A stretch of 64,000 bases of DNA from the human T2T-CHM13v2.0 reference genome, Homo sapiens (GCF_009914755.1 NC_060947.1), one strand, 5' to 3'. Shown: positions 1 to 49,741, counted from the first letter of the stretch. The notes: generated by a model from the letters alone, not told the origin. Program-made: numbers and translations.

Positions 1-185
1 GGGGACTGTTGTGGGGTGGGGGGAGGGGGGAGGGGGGAGGGATAGCATTGGGAGATATACCTAATGCTAGATGACAAGTTAGTGGGTGCAGCACACCAGC
101 ATGGCACATGTATACGTATGTAACCTGCACAATGTGCACATGTACCCTAAAACTTAAAGTATAATAATAAAAATAAATAAATAAA
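1..185 (+). mobile_element. L1PA (young primate LINE-1) 3' end
   Basis: G-rich tract, GGGATAGCATTGGGAGATATACCTAATGCTAGATGAC...CCCTAAAACTTAAAGTATAATAATAAA and A-rich tail. Confidence 0.92.
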
Positions 186-804
186 CTGAAAAAATTCTAA
201 ATAAGGTTTATGTATATGGAAACATGTTTATGTAGAAAACATTAAAATAACCCATGAGGCTTCAACTCTATCTGTAATGTTTTAATTCTTTAAAAGAAAT
301 CTAAAGCAAATATGACATAAGATTTTAAAATATTTCCCACTTAAATAATAAAAAAATAGAATATGCTTGCTTCTGTTTATATTCAATTACTTACTTCTGA
401 AAATATGCTACAGAAATATTTAGTGTGTAAATTTCATATTTTACTTTGTACTACATAGATCCGTAGCATCTTTCTGTTGTTCATGTATTAAGTTTGATAA
501 CAGAAGTTCAAGGAAAAGTTCAAAAAATTAAGTAAGGATAAAAACTGATGAATTTTGTCTTGTTTATTCAACAAGCATTTACTATATGATTATTGTGTGT
601 ATTCAGGGAGTTCATAATGTGGTGAACAGCTTTTTGTTACAAGCAGTCATATGGAGATGAAAGTATATTTTAGCACTACATAGAACACCAAGATCAAAGT
701 AAAAGAGCAAAATACTTAAACAGTGAGTTTTGGCCCTGAGAGTAATTGTTAAATGGAAAATTTTTAAAGGCATTCTTCTTTTTATGTATATATTTAAAGG
801 GTAT

Positions 805-4757
<3,953 letters not shown>

Positions 4758-5220
4758 TCAATGACAAATTGCATACTCTTAGAAAACCCCCTTAGCCTCT
4801 GGGCTATACCATAATGATTTTAAATAGCAAGGAAACAGCTCTGAAGCACGGGAACAATAATACAAGTAATCAAGAAGATTCTAAATAATCTATTGTCACA
4901 GCAATAGAAGTGTAGCTAATTTACTTTCTTCAGATTGTGGCATTGACAGAAAAACATAAAAATCACTTTAAGATACAACAGGTATCCTTTACTGTATTTT
5001 CTCGAACAAGAGTTTTAACATACCTTAGAGAAAAATATTCCACTTTCTTACAGAAGTGTTATAAAATACACAGAAAACAACCTAATGGACTAGTTAAAAA
5101 CACGGTACTGTACCAAGAACCTTGAACTGGGAGTCAGATAACCTTGGTTCTAGTCCTAATTACTAATTAGATCTATGCTGTTAAGCAAACTGCAACCTCA
5201 GGAGAGCTCAATTTTCTCAT

Positions 5221-6849
5221 TTTTTTTTAATTTTTTTTATTTTTATTTTTATTTTTTTTATTGATCATTCTTGGGTGTTTCTCGCAGAGGGGGATTTGGC
5301 AGGGTCATAGGACAATAGTGGAGGGAAGGTCAGCAGATAAACAAGTGAACAAAGGTCTCTGGTTTTCCTAGGCAGAGGACCCTGCGGCCTTCCACAGTGT
5401 TTGTGTCCCTGGGTACTTGAGATTAGGGAGTGGTGATGATTCTTAACGAGCATGCTGCCTTCAAGCATCTGTTTAACAAAGCACATCTTGCACCGCCCTT
5501 AATCCATTTAACCCTGAGTGGACACAGCACATGTTTCAGAGAGCACAGGGTTGGGGGTAAGGTCACAGATCAACAGGATCCCAAGGCAGAAGAATTTTTC
5601 TTAGTACAGAACAAAATGAAGTCTCCCATGTCTACCTCTTTCTACACAGACACGGCAACCATCCGATTTCTCAATCTTTTCCCCACCTTTCCCCCCTTTC
5701 TATTCCACAAAACCGCCACTGTCATCATGGCCCGTTCTCAATGAGCCGCTGGGCACACCTCCCAGACGGGGTGGTGGCCGGGCAGAGGGGCTCCTCACTT
5801 CCCAGCAGGGGCGGCCGGGCAGAGGCGCCCCTCACCTCCCCGACGGGGCGGCTGGCCGGGCGGGGGGCTGACCCCCCCACCTCCCTCCTGGACGGGGTGG
5901 CTGCCGGGCGGAGACGCTCCTCACTTCCCAGACGGGGTGGCAGCGGGGCAGAGGGGCTCCTCACTTCTCAGACGGGGCGGCTGCCAGGCGGAGGGGCTCC
6001 TCAATTCTCAGACGAGGCGGTTGCCACGCAGAGGGTCTCCTCACTTCTCAGACGGGGCGGCCAGGCAGAGACGCTCCTCACCTCCCAGACGGGGTCGCAG
6101 CCGGGCAGAGGCGCTCCTCACATCCCAGACGGGGCGGCGGGGCAGAGGCGCTCCCCACATCTCAGACGATGAGCGGCCGGGCAGAGACGCTCCTCACTTC
6201 CTAGATGGGATGGCGGCCGGGAAAAGGCGCTCCTCACTTCCTAGATGGGATGGCGGCCGGGCAGAGACGCTCCTCACTTTCCAGACTGGGCAGCCAGGCA
6301 GAGGGGCTCCTCACATCCCAGACGATGGGCGGCCAGGCAGAGACGCTCCTCACTTCCCAGACGGGGTGGCGGCCGGGCAGAGGCTGCAATCTCGGCACTT
6401 TGGGAGGCCAAGGCAGGTGGCTGGGAGGTGAGGTTGTAGCGAGCCGAGATCACGCCACTGCACTCCAGCCTGGGCACCATTGAGCACTGAGTGAACGAGA
6501 CTCCGTCTGCAATCCCGGCACCTCGGGAGGCCGAGGCTGGCGGATCACTCGCGGTTAGGAGCTGGAGACCAGCCCGGCCAACACAGCGAAACCCCATCTC
6601 CACCAAAAAAATACGAAAACCAGTCAGGTGTGGTGGCGCGCGCCTGCAATCGCAGGCACTCGGCAGGCTGAGGCAGGAGAATCAGGCAGGGAGGTTGCAG
6701 TGAGCCGAGATGGCAGCAGTACAGTCCAGCTTCGGCTCGGCATCAGAGGGAGACCGTGGAAAGAGAGGGAGAGGGAGACCGTGGGGAGAGGGAGAGAGGG
6801 AGAGAGGGAGAGAGGGAGAGGGGGAGAGGGGGAGAGAGGTAGAGGGAGC
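5221..6849 (-). mobile_element. Full-length SVA retrotransposon inserted in a MIR
   Basis: On +: poly-T 5221-5260, SINE-R ~5262-5750, GC-rich VNTR ~5760-6380, Alu-like ~6380-6760, (GGGAGA)n hexamer ~6765-6848. CTCATTT is duplicated at 5216-5222 and 6850-6856, and the flanks join into a MIR-like TTTTCTCATTTGTAAAATG. Confidence 0.95.
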
Positions 6850-6884
6850 CTCATTTGTAAAATGAGAGAATTTTACTAGATTAA

Positions 6885-10935
<4,051 letters not shown>

Positions 10936-11319
10936 AGCCTTTCTCAAACCTGACCCCAACTAGCATCCTTCTTTCCAATTCTACCTCCCATATTCTCTCC
11001 AATCATACTTATTATCTCATTTTTCTCAAGGCACCCAAGGGCTCCTCTACCGTATCTCTAGACATAACCCGTTCCACCACCTAGAATATTTCCCCCTCCT
11101 CAGCACATTTCCCCCCACCATCCCCAATGACCCAACTCAGAATTGCTGTCTCTCTTGGGAAAATACTTGCTATCAACTCTCTAAGGAAATTTTTTGCTAT
11201 TCTTCCACATCTCTTGGTTTATATCTCTGTAACTGTACTTAACCACATAGTCTATTTCAACCATTTACTCCTCCACTTAGCTCAGTATTCATTATCTACA
11301 AATGCCTATTATCTAGAAA

Positions 11320-11515
11320 AGTGGTTCTCAAACCCATACCGCCCACAGGGAACATCTGGCAATTTCTGGAAATATTTTTGCTTGTCACAACTCAGGGTAG
11401 GGGTGTTACTGGTATCTAGTGGGTAGAGGTCAGGGATAAAATGCATTCACAGGACAGCCTCTAACAAAAAATTTTCTGGACAAAATGTCTATAGTGCCAA
11501 GGTTGAGACAATCTG
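11320..11515. mobile_element. MER20-like hAT DNA transposon fossil
   Basis: AGTGGTTCTCAA start, GGCATCTAGTGGGTAGAGG-like core, AGTGCCAAGGTTGAGA end. Confidence 0.7.
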
Positions 11516-11561
11516 TTCTAAAATAATACTTAGCTCATGTTAAGCCTTAAAAGTGTTTATC

Positions 11562-15586
<4,025 letters not shown>

Positions 15587-16474
15587 AAAACAATAATTCA
15601 ATAAAATATTATACCCTATCAAGGAGACACTGCTGAGAAAGCTGTTTTAAGTGAAATGTCTTTGACTTGTGGATGGATCTTAAAATATTATTTTGTGTAA
15701 CAGCACAACTTTTCTGTGGGGCAAGGGCTCGGTTACTAGCCAAAATGTATATTAATAGATTTTTAAAAATACAATGTAAGCTTCATGGAGACAGGTCCCT
15801 TATCTGTCTTGTTCATCAATGCACTACTTATTACAGTTCCTGACACATGGTAATAGTAATCAGTAATAACTAATATTTGAGTAACAATAAAGACATAAGT
15901 GCTTTATGCCCATTTAACTCACTTAATATTTACATCACCCCAGAAATGTTTGGTGAATGAATTAGTACTTTTTACAGGATGATAATTAGTCAGTTCCTCA
16001 ATAATGTAACATATGGGTTCCTAAAAACCACCAAACTATGTAAAATTGTGCAATTAACACCATAGAACTCATAGGAAAAATGAGGTTAGAAGCACAACAT
16101 TCAAAAATTTCATCAGTGACTTTTTTTAAAACAAAGAAACCAAAGAAAAATGGTAGCACAGTTTGACATGTTAAATAATAAATGCTCAAATATAACAATA
16201 AATGTGGCACTTTACTTTGAAAAAGACCTGAAGTTTGCTTGTGAAGTGGGCATCAAAAGGGTTGCAGCTCATGAATTATTGTGAAGTGGTAGAAGGAAGG
16301 TTATCTGAAATCGGATTGAAAATTGTACAACAGATGTAAATATGTGTGGTTTATAACCCAAGTGGTGAAATGAGGTAGCTGGTAGATGTCAGACGTGTGT
16401 GCATCTATATGCATGTATTTCTATGCAGCTCTTTTTAGAGGGGTGTAGTATCCTGCATTCATCTAGCACAATAA

Positions 16475-17040
<566 letters not shown>

Positions 17041-17404
17041 CTGCAGACAAAATCCCCCATAAGCAAATGCAAATTTTGTCGTATGCTTCAAATTGTTCCC
17101 TGAAATATCAACCCTTTTGGAAAAAATCCACATTTTCAAAACAAGCATTATAGCAAAACTAAATCTGGAATGCTATCAAATAAACCAAAAAATAACTAAT
17201 ATAATCCAAATAAGCAAAATAACAAATCCAGTATTACTCAGAAATAATTTTTTATCTTAGATTCTATAAGTCAAATGTTACCCACCCAAAAGTCAACTGA
17301 GCACTTCAAATGAGCAAAATGAAGACAACTAAGGATGCATTTTTATCACAGTGATTCAAAATCTGTGCATTAAATCCTACACAATCTTATTTAAAAGTAG
17401 GTAA

Positions 17405-22860
<5,456 letters not shown>

Positions 22861-23649
22861 TGGTGATTATAAAAGACCTTATCTTTTATAATGCCAGAAG
22901 CAAGTCAATCTTATTTCAAACAACACAAACAACCAAAAAAATCCTTTAAAAACAACAAAACCTTTAAAGACTGAGCCACTGATTAGTCAGTGTATGTTTT
23001 AGCCAGGTCATCGGTTTATTTTCCTTCCTCTTGTCTTCTGGCCATTTTTCCACCACAGAATCCTAGAATATTACTTTTTTTTATAAACACAAGTAAAAAT
23101 TAGAACTAGTCTTTGTTCCTGCTTTTTAAGTGCTTGACAAAATATTTGATAAAGAGAAAATCTGGAACTACTGTGTAAAATAATATTAACAATAATGCTT
23201 ATATTATTTCTGCCTCACATTAGAAAAGACTCAAGAGGGATTTGGTACTGTGGGTTCAACTCAAGCATTACCTGTCAGATTCTCCTTTAACCATGATTAT
23301 GGTTTAGGAGATCGATGACACTTCAGCCTGAGACAGTTCTGAACACCTACTTGGAGCTCTTTCATAGTAAATCATCAGGGAGTGTCACACTTTTTAATTA
23401 ATTCCCTACATGCATATATGCAGTTCTTTACTAGAGGTTTTTCATGTAGCTTAAGACTCTCCTAGCATTAAATATTTCAGTTATCTCACTACATAGTACA
23501 CCTGGACACAAAAAATGTAACATTATAAACAGCTACAAAATCATAGACCTGCAACAAATCAGAGTAGGTAATATGAACTTCTTTCATTGTAACACTTGGG
23601 CTAAATTTAAATGGTCATAATCAGGTTAGACCTGGCAGCTGAAGGGGGC

Positions 23650-23880
23650 ATTAATGCCTTGTGGTTAAGAACATAAGCTGTGAAGTCAAGATGGGGTTCA
23701 ATTCCAGCTCCACCAATTACAAGCTGTATAACTTCGGTCAAGTTCTTGATCTATGTCTCACTTTCCTCCTCATCGGTAAAATGGGCAAAACCAAGTACTT
23801 ACCTCACAGGTTTGAGAATTCATCAAGATTATAAAGAACGACAATAAGCACTCAACTTAGTTATGATTATTACTCTTATC
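23650..23880 (+). mobile_element. MIR SINE
   Basis: GTGGTTAAGA...GGGTTCAAATTCCAGCTCCACCA...TTTCCTCCTCATCGGTAAAATGGG core. Confidence 0.75.
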
Positions 23881-25535
23881 ATCAAGATCTACAAAAATCC
23901 AAGACTAGTAAGAAAAACTGACCCTTGTGTAAAATTAATTATTCTATTCAGAAATTCTATATACGTAATTTGTTCATTCTAAAGAAACTGAGAAGATCCG
24001 ACTTCAAACTATAGTTTCAAATGTAGACTTTGTGAAACTTAGTAAAATCTAGAGGTCATAATTTAACTGTAAGGTACACCATCCATGCATATGAACATGA
24101 GTGCCTGGTAATTACAGGCCAACAAGTTATACTGGGTACCACTTACGTGCCTAATACCCCACAGATAAAGATTTGTTGTATTTGAGCCTACTGACAAATT
24201 CAGAAACCAAGGCCACAATCGTGTACACAACTAGAGATCTACAATCTAAGAACTGAAGCATATCTTTCCCCAAGGTAAAGAAAATATAATCTACTGCTTG
24301 TTCATGCAGAAATACAGACATACGTATCATAGGCTCATTGCCCAATTCTACATTCTAGCTAAATTGCTCTAAAAACATATGCCAATCTAAGAGTTACTCA
24401 AAGGCACATTTCGCCAACTTGAAATGCAATTCTGACCCATGCTCCTTGTAATTTTATTTTGCCACTGGACGCCAAGGATGCATCTCCGAGTAAAAAAATT
24501 ACTTAATTCACATTGTGGGATGAAAATTCAAATGTCAAACTGAAACGCCAGCCAGCCACCTGGGTAAAAGTGTATACATTTCATATTGACTACCCAAATT
24601 TTCAGACCCGTCAAGAGGCAAATCAGAAGCACACAGAAAAACAGCTTCAACCTAATAAACGTGCTTGATTGGTTAAGAGGAGGCCTGCCAGGCATTTTCC
24701 CTTGCAATAAATCTTACTTCGCATCAGCCCACGTTAACCTGCCCTTCATCCTTCATGGAATAAATAAGTAAATAAAGATAGGGCCTAATTACTCCTCGAA
24801 ATTTGCCCAGAAAGTGGGGAAACACTTGAGGTCCCATTAAGGCTGGACATCACAAAAAGTAGTATACTAGGGTCCTCTGGAAGCAAAACCCTGTGTTAAG
24901 TCCCCCCTCGCCTAGAAATAAACCCAAGGATATCCTTCAGGATATGGAGTAGAAAAGATACCTAAATACCTGGAACTGCACCACAACCCAATCAAAAAAA
25001 GGCTTGTCTCCCGGGGCTGCAGAGAAAAAATCCCGCAGGGCCCGGGTGCTTCCCATCTCCAGCAACCTAAACGCCTCTAAGTCGTCCTGGGATCTCACAT
25101 CCTCGCGCCCGCCCACCCCTCCCCCTCTTCTCACCCTCCCCCCGCTTCTTCCCCACGCAGTTTCTAGGCCCAAAGATTAGCAAAAATGACCGGGATACCA
25201 AAGACCGCCTCCGACTTCGAGGTCTCAATCCCACAGGCACCAAAGAATAAACAGAGGAGCCCGACCAAGCGTCACCGTTTAGGGGAGATTGCAAGAAGCG
25301 CCCCATACCCTAGGCCGCGCCCCCCCCACCTCCCCCCACCCCATCCCCACCCCCACCCCCGTCGGAGCCTTGCGCCGATACCCCGAAACCCTTCTCACCT
25401 AAAGAGAAAACGATGCCTCTTTCGGCTAAGCAACACACAGGCCTAACCCACCAAGCGAACGCCTTCCCAAACACCCGACTCAGACGGTGCCTGGGCCCAG
25501 ACCGCTGGGGCCCATGAGACGGGGTTGCGTTTTAC

Positions 25536-25555
25536 CTCATGGGCTCAGCGGTCAT
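25536..25555 (-). CDS. ATRX: ATRX exon 1 coding portion (20 nt, MTAEPM + 2 nt of the Ser codon); SNF2-family chromatin remodeller
   Basis: Minus strand reads gaaaacATG ACC GCT GAG CCC ATG AG|gtaaaa. This matches the recalled ATRX N-terminus MTAEPMSESK, is followed by a canonical GT donor, and lies in a CpG island. Confidence 0.93.
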
Positions 25556-25790
25556 GTTTTCGCTTGAACGCCTTGTCGGCTTCTGTGATTGCTGGGCGCC
25601 GATCTGCGCTCCCCCGCGCCCGGTTACGATAGAAATGCACTGGAGTCTTAGTCGTCACTGTAGCTGCTGCTGGAACCTCCCCACAGCTCAAAGGCCGCTA
25701 CCACTGCCACCGCCGCAGGAGCCGCGGAAACAAAGCGACACCGCTGCCGCCGCCATTTTGTTGGGCCGAGGCTCAGGCAGGAGAATTGGC
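25556..25790 (-). other. ATRX: ATRX 5' UTR (exon 1 non-coding part; TSS approximate)
   Basis: GC-rich unique sequence between the CCAAT boxes and the ATG. The upper boundary is inferred from promoter motif positions and recollection of the mRNA 5' end. Confidence 0.7.
25688..25756 (-). other. Candidate upstream ORF, 22 aa (MAAAAVSLCFRGSCGGGSGSGL*)
   Basis: aacaaaATGG context (A at -3, G at +4), open to TGA at 25690-25688. Translation is not demonstrated. Confidence 0.5.
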
Positions 25791-26039
25791 GCGTCCTCCC
25801 TCTTTCTCTTTCCGTCAGCCATTGGCTACCTCCTCCAAAGCACAGAGTCTTATTGGCTACGGAAATTCACCTTCTTTGGGGGCCTGTTGCTAAGGCGGTC
25901 GACGTCATTTGATCCCCTCCACCTTTTCGCAGGGGGTCCAATTTAGTCCCAATTGACCTGAAAGTGCTAGTGACATAGTTTGACTTTATTTTGAAAATGC
26001 TCTTTTGGTCCAACCTCTTTTTTCTTTGACATATTAACG

Positions 26040-26232
26040 AAGTAATAACAGCAACCTACATTTATTGAGAGTTTACTATATGCTCGGCACTACACTAATC
26101 CTTTATCCGGGTTATCTCATTTAATCTTTACACTCTCTGAGGTAGACAAACCTACATTTTCCAGATGAGGAAACCAAGACACAAAGTCCCACAGTAGTGG
26201 AGCCGAGATTCACCAGACACTCTTAACCACTA
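26040..26232 (-). mobile_element. MIR SINE
   Basis: CATTTATTGAG...CTCATTTAATC...CATTTTCCAGATGAGGAAAC...CTCTTAACCACT. Confidence 0.75.
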
Positions 26233-26457
26233 ATCTGTATGGCCATCCTATGTAAGTATTTTCTTTCCTATATGCTAGGCTATCATCAAGTTATTTGCTT
26301 TCCTAGATGTTTTATACATAATATTTGGCACACCAACATGCTTGGAAATGTATATGTGTATAATATACTTATATATATGTATATGTGTGCAGACGACATA
26401 AGACCAACTTGAACGCTGCATAAAATTCTTTCCATATTGAATAAAGTGTCTCTTAGA

Positions 26458-26460
<3 letters not shown>

Positions 26461-26496
<36 letters not shown>
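26461..26496. repeat. (CA)18 microsatellite
   Basis: Perfect dinucleotide run. Confidence 0.97.
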
Positions 26497-26499
<3 letters not shown>

Positions 26500-26867
26500 G
26501 CCATTTCCCCAATTTGATGTGATGTTTAGCTCACAAACCAATCAATTTAGATCTGCTTCCTTCTCATTACAGAGGAAGCTTGGCTGGATGATCTGTAAAT
26601 GCCTTTCCCGCTTTTATGATCTATAATTTGATTTTACATTGGTAATCTCTGCTAATCACAAACAAGTCCTCTAAAATCTAATCGCTTCGAAATTTATTTC
26701 CAAATTTATTCTGCCATGCATGCTTTAGTTCATTCTATTTATTTTTCTTGAAATATGCAAGAGCTCCTGTCGGGGTTAGGTGACAGGGTTGCTGCTTTCT
26801 ACTGGGATAGCAAGAGGGGAGCCTTTTTTGAATGAAACACTTTGAAAATCTGATAGGCTCAGGCAAC

Positions 26868-30455
<3,588 letters not shown>

Positions 30456-30524
30456 CTATAAATATATACATATATATGTGTATATATATATATATATATA
30501 TGAAACATAGTAAGACACTGTCTC

Positions 30525-30567
<43 letters not shown>
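30456..30567. repeat. (TA)n microsatellites with a duplicated flanking unit
   Basis: Two TA runs, each preceded by AACA(C/T)AGTAAGACAC(A/T)GTCTCTATAAA. Confidence 0.9.
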
Positions 30568-30573
<6 letters not shown>

Positions 30574-30659
30574 CAACCCAGATGCTCCTTAACAGAAGAC
30601 TGGTTAAATAAATTATGTTACATCCACACAGGAAATACCATATAGCTCCATAAGTTTTT

Positions 30660-33710
<3,051 letters not shown>

Positions 33711-33711
33711 A

Positions 33712-34716
<1,005 letters not shown>

Positions 34717-35129
34717 TTATACACCATAAATTTATAGACATTTTTTTAAATGTTCAAGAGGGTAAATTTAATGTTACATATTTTTTTACCACAATAAAAA
34801 TAACATTTTAAAGAGGCAGGTCTAGATGTACAGATATGGGATGATTTCCTAGTTACATTGTTAACAAAAAAAGCAGTTGCGTAACACCATGCATAGTATT
34901 TTAATATCTGTGTTAGATAAGAGACAGAGAAGATAAAAGGCAAAATAACTCTGAAAGAATTAAAACTAAATTTGATAATAGTAGTTGCCTAAGGAAGATA
35001 ATCTGGTAGGTGGGGAAGAGGACAGGAGGGAAACTTTTCAATATATATTCTTTTTTACCTTTTATAGTTGGTACCATCTTAGTGTATATCCTATTCAAAA
35101 CATGAATGTAATTTAAAAATTCAAATGTT

Positions 35130-38421
<3,292 letters not shown>

Positions 38422-39182
38422 TCATAAACCAGTGAAAGTTCAATTAATAATGCAATAGTTTTTAAAGATTCTAAACTTAAGGAAATCTTATATTTAAGGT
38501 GTTTACTCTCCAAATTATCTAATCTTTCAACAAGAGTTACTAAAACGAAAATAAAAGATCAGATATATTTGAAAATGAACCAGACAGAGATCCTAATTAC
38601 AAATAGAGTGAAGTAAAAACCTCATAGACATACTGAAGAAGAAAACAGCAAGATAAGGAATTTTAAGAAGCTATCTATGACAAAATAACAGATTTTTTAG
38701 TTTGGGGGAACATCAAGAAAATTATATATTTAAATGATAAATGTCATTAACATATACTAAGTTATTACAATAACGCTTCATTTTTCAAATTATCAAAGTC
38801 AAGGTAGTCACATGCTATGTTCAGAAGAAGAAAACAAGTCAGATGATGTGTTATAAGAGAAAAAAGGCCTGGAGGACACATCCAACAATGGAAAGATATC
38901 TTCAGGTGATATGGCTGAGTAATTTTTTCCTGCATTGTACTTTCCATTTTTCCAGATTTCCTATAACGAGAACATATTATAAAGATGATGGGAGAAATGA
39001 AATAATTTTAATCGTTGTAAGCAGTAACAGGGCTACCTATTTTCTGCCAGCATATATGAATTCAGAGAGCAATTATCTCCACACAAATCTTAGCTCAATA
39101 TTATTTTAAAAGGTACTTTCCTAGATTTCAATACAATAGTTAGGCTTTCTGAGCTTTCTACCTCAAAATCTTAGTTGTAGGA

Positions 39183-46530
<7,348 letters not shown>

Positions 46531-46646
46531 CTCGGCCGGGCGCAGTGGCTCACACCTGTAATCCTAGCACTTTGGGAGGCTGAGACACGAGGATCACATG
46601 AGGCCAGGACTTTGAGACCAGCCTGGGCAACATAGTGAAGTAGCTA

Positions 46647-46847
<201 letters not shown>

Positions 46848-47190
46848 TTAGACTGGATAATGTCAATTGACGTATTCATGTTTGTTATTTCTTTTTATTT
46901 TTTATTTATTTTGTTTTTTAATAGTTTTGTGAGAATAGGTGGTTTTTGGTTACATGGATAAGTTCTTTAGTGGTGATTTCTGAGACTTTCGTGCACCCAT
47001 CATCTGAGCAGTGTACACTGTACCCAATGTGTAGTCTTTTACCCCCATCCCTCTCCCATCCTTTCCTCTGAGTCCCCAAAGTCTATTATATCAGTCTTAT
47101 GCCTTTGCATCCTCCTAGCTTAGCTTCCACTTATAAGTGAGAACATACAATATTTGGTTTTCCATTCCTTAGTTACTTACCTCAGAATAA

Positions 47191-48061
<871 letters not shown>

Positions 48062-49741
48062 TAAGTAGTATTCCATGGTGTATATATATCACATTTCCTT
48101 TATCCACTCATTGGTCAATGTGCATTAGTCTGGTTCCATATTTTTGTAGTTGTGAATTGTGCTGCTATAAACGTGCGTGCAAGTGTCTTTTCCATATAAT
48201 GACTTCTTTTCCTTTGGGTAGATACGCAGTAGTGGGATTGCGGATAGAATGGTAATTCTGCTTTTAGTTCTTTAAGGAATCTCCATACTGTTTTCCGTAC
48301 TGGTTGTACTAGTTTACATTCCCACCAGCAGTGTAAAAGTGTTCCCTTTCACCACATCCATGCCAACATCTATTGTTTTCTGACTTTTCAATTATGGCCA
48401 TTCTTGCAGGAGTAAGGTGGTATCTCATTGTGGCTTGAATTTGCATTTCCCTGATAATTAGTGATGTTGACCATTTTTTCATGTGTTTGTTGGCCATTTG
48501 TATATCTTCTTTTGGGAATTCTCTATTCATGTCCTTGGCCCACTTTTTGACGGGATTATTGGTTTTTTTTCTTGCTGATTTGAATTCCTTGTAGATTCTA
48601 GATATTGGGCCTTTGTGAATATTTTCTTCCACTCTGGGTTGTCTGTTTACTCTGCTGATTGTTTGTTTTGCTGTGCAGAAGCTTTTTAGGTCCCATCTAT
48701 TTACTTTTGTTTTTGTCACATTTGCTTTTGAGTTCTTGGTCATGAATTATTTGTCTAAGCCAATGTCTAGAAGAGTTTTTCTGATGTTATCTTCTAGAAT
48801 TTTTATGGTTTCAGGTCTTATATTTAAATTTTTGATCTATCTTGAGTTGATTTTTGTATAAGATGAAAGATGAGGATCCAGTTTCATTCTTCTGCATGTG
48901 GCTTGCCAATTATCCCAGCACCATTTGTTGAATAGGGTGTCCTTTCCCCACTTTATGTTTTTGTTTGCTTTGTCAAAAATAAGTTGGCTATAAGCATTTG
49001 GCTTTATTTCTGGGCTCTCTATTCTGTTCCATTGGCCTACATGCCTTTTTTATTTTTTTTTGGTGGAGTCTCACTCTGTCGTCCAGGCTGGAGTGCAATG
49101 GTGAGATCGTGGCTCACTGCAACTTCTGCCTCCTGGTTTCAAGCGATTCTCCTGCCTCAGCCTCCCAAGTAGCTGAGATTAGAGGCACCTGCCACCATGC
49201 CCGGCTAAGTTTTGTATTTTAGTAGAGAGGGGGTTTCATCATGTTGGTCAGGTTGGTCTCAAACTCCTGACCTCAAATGATCTGCCTGCCTCAGCTTCCC
49301 AAAGTGCTGGGATTACATGTGTGAGCCACCACGCCTGGCATACATGCCTATTTTTATACCATTGCCATGCTGTTTTGGTAACTATAGCCTCGTAGTATGG
49401 TTTGAAGTCAGGTAATGTGATGCCTCCAGATTTGTTCTTTTTATTTGGTATTGCTTTGGCTATGTGGGCTCTTTTTTTAGTTCCATATGAATTTTAGGGT
49501 TTTTTAAAAAATTCTGTGAAGAATGATGATGGAATTTTGATGGAAATTGCATTGAATATGTAGATTGCTTTTGGCAATTATTTCAAAATATTGGCCATTT
49601 TCACTATATTTGTTCTACTCATTCGTGAGCATGGGATGTGTTTCCATTTGTTTGTGTCATCTTGTTTTGTCAGCAGTGTATTGTAGTTTTCCTTGTAGAG
49701 ATCTTTTGCCTCCTTTGTTAAGTATATTCCTAAGTATTTTT

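Larger units (their letters stand above)
25000..25930. promoter_or_regulatory. CpG island / ATRX promoter
   Basis: Only CpG-dense non-repeat stretch in the window. Contains ATTGGCTAC at 25821 and 25852 (CCAAT on minus), YY1 motif CGCCATTTTG at 25751-25760, CRE-like CGACGTCA at 25900-25907 and X-box-like GTTGCTAAGG at 25886-25895. Confidence 0.9.

Noticed and set aside
5760-6380. Repeat array superficially like a CRISPR array
   Set aside because: It is the SVA VNTR: degenerate tandem units without unique spacers, in eukaryotic DNA.
25539-25946. 135-aa plus-strand ORF antisense to ATRX exon 1
   Set aside because: Expected by chance in a CpG island; no recognisable domain and no splice or poly(A) support.
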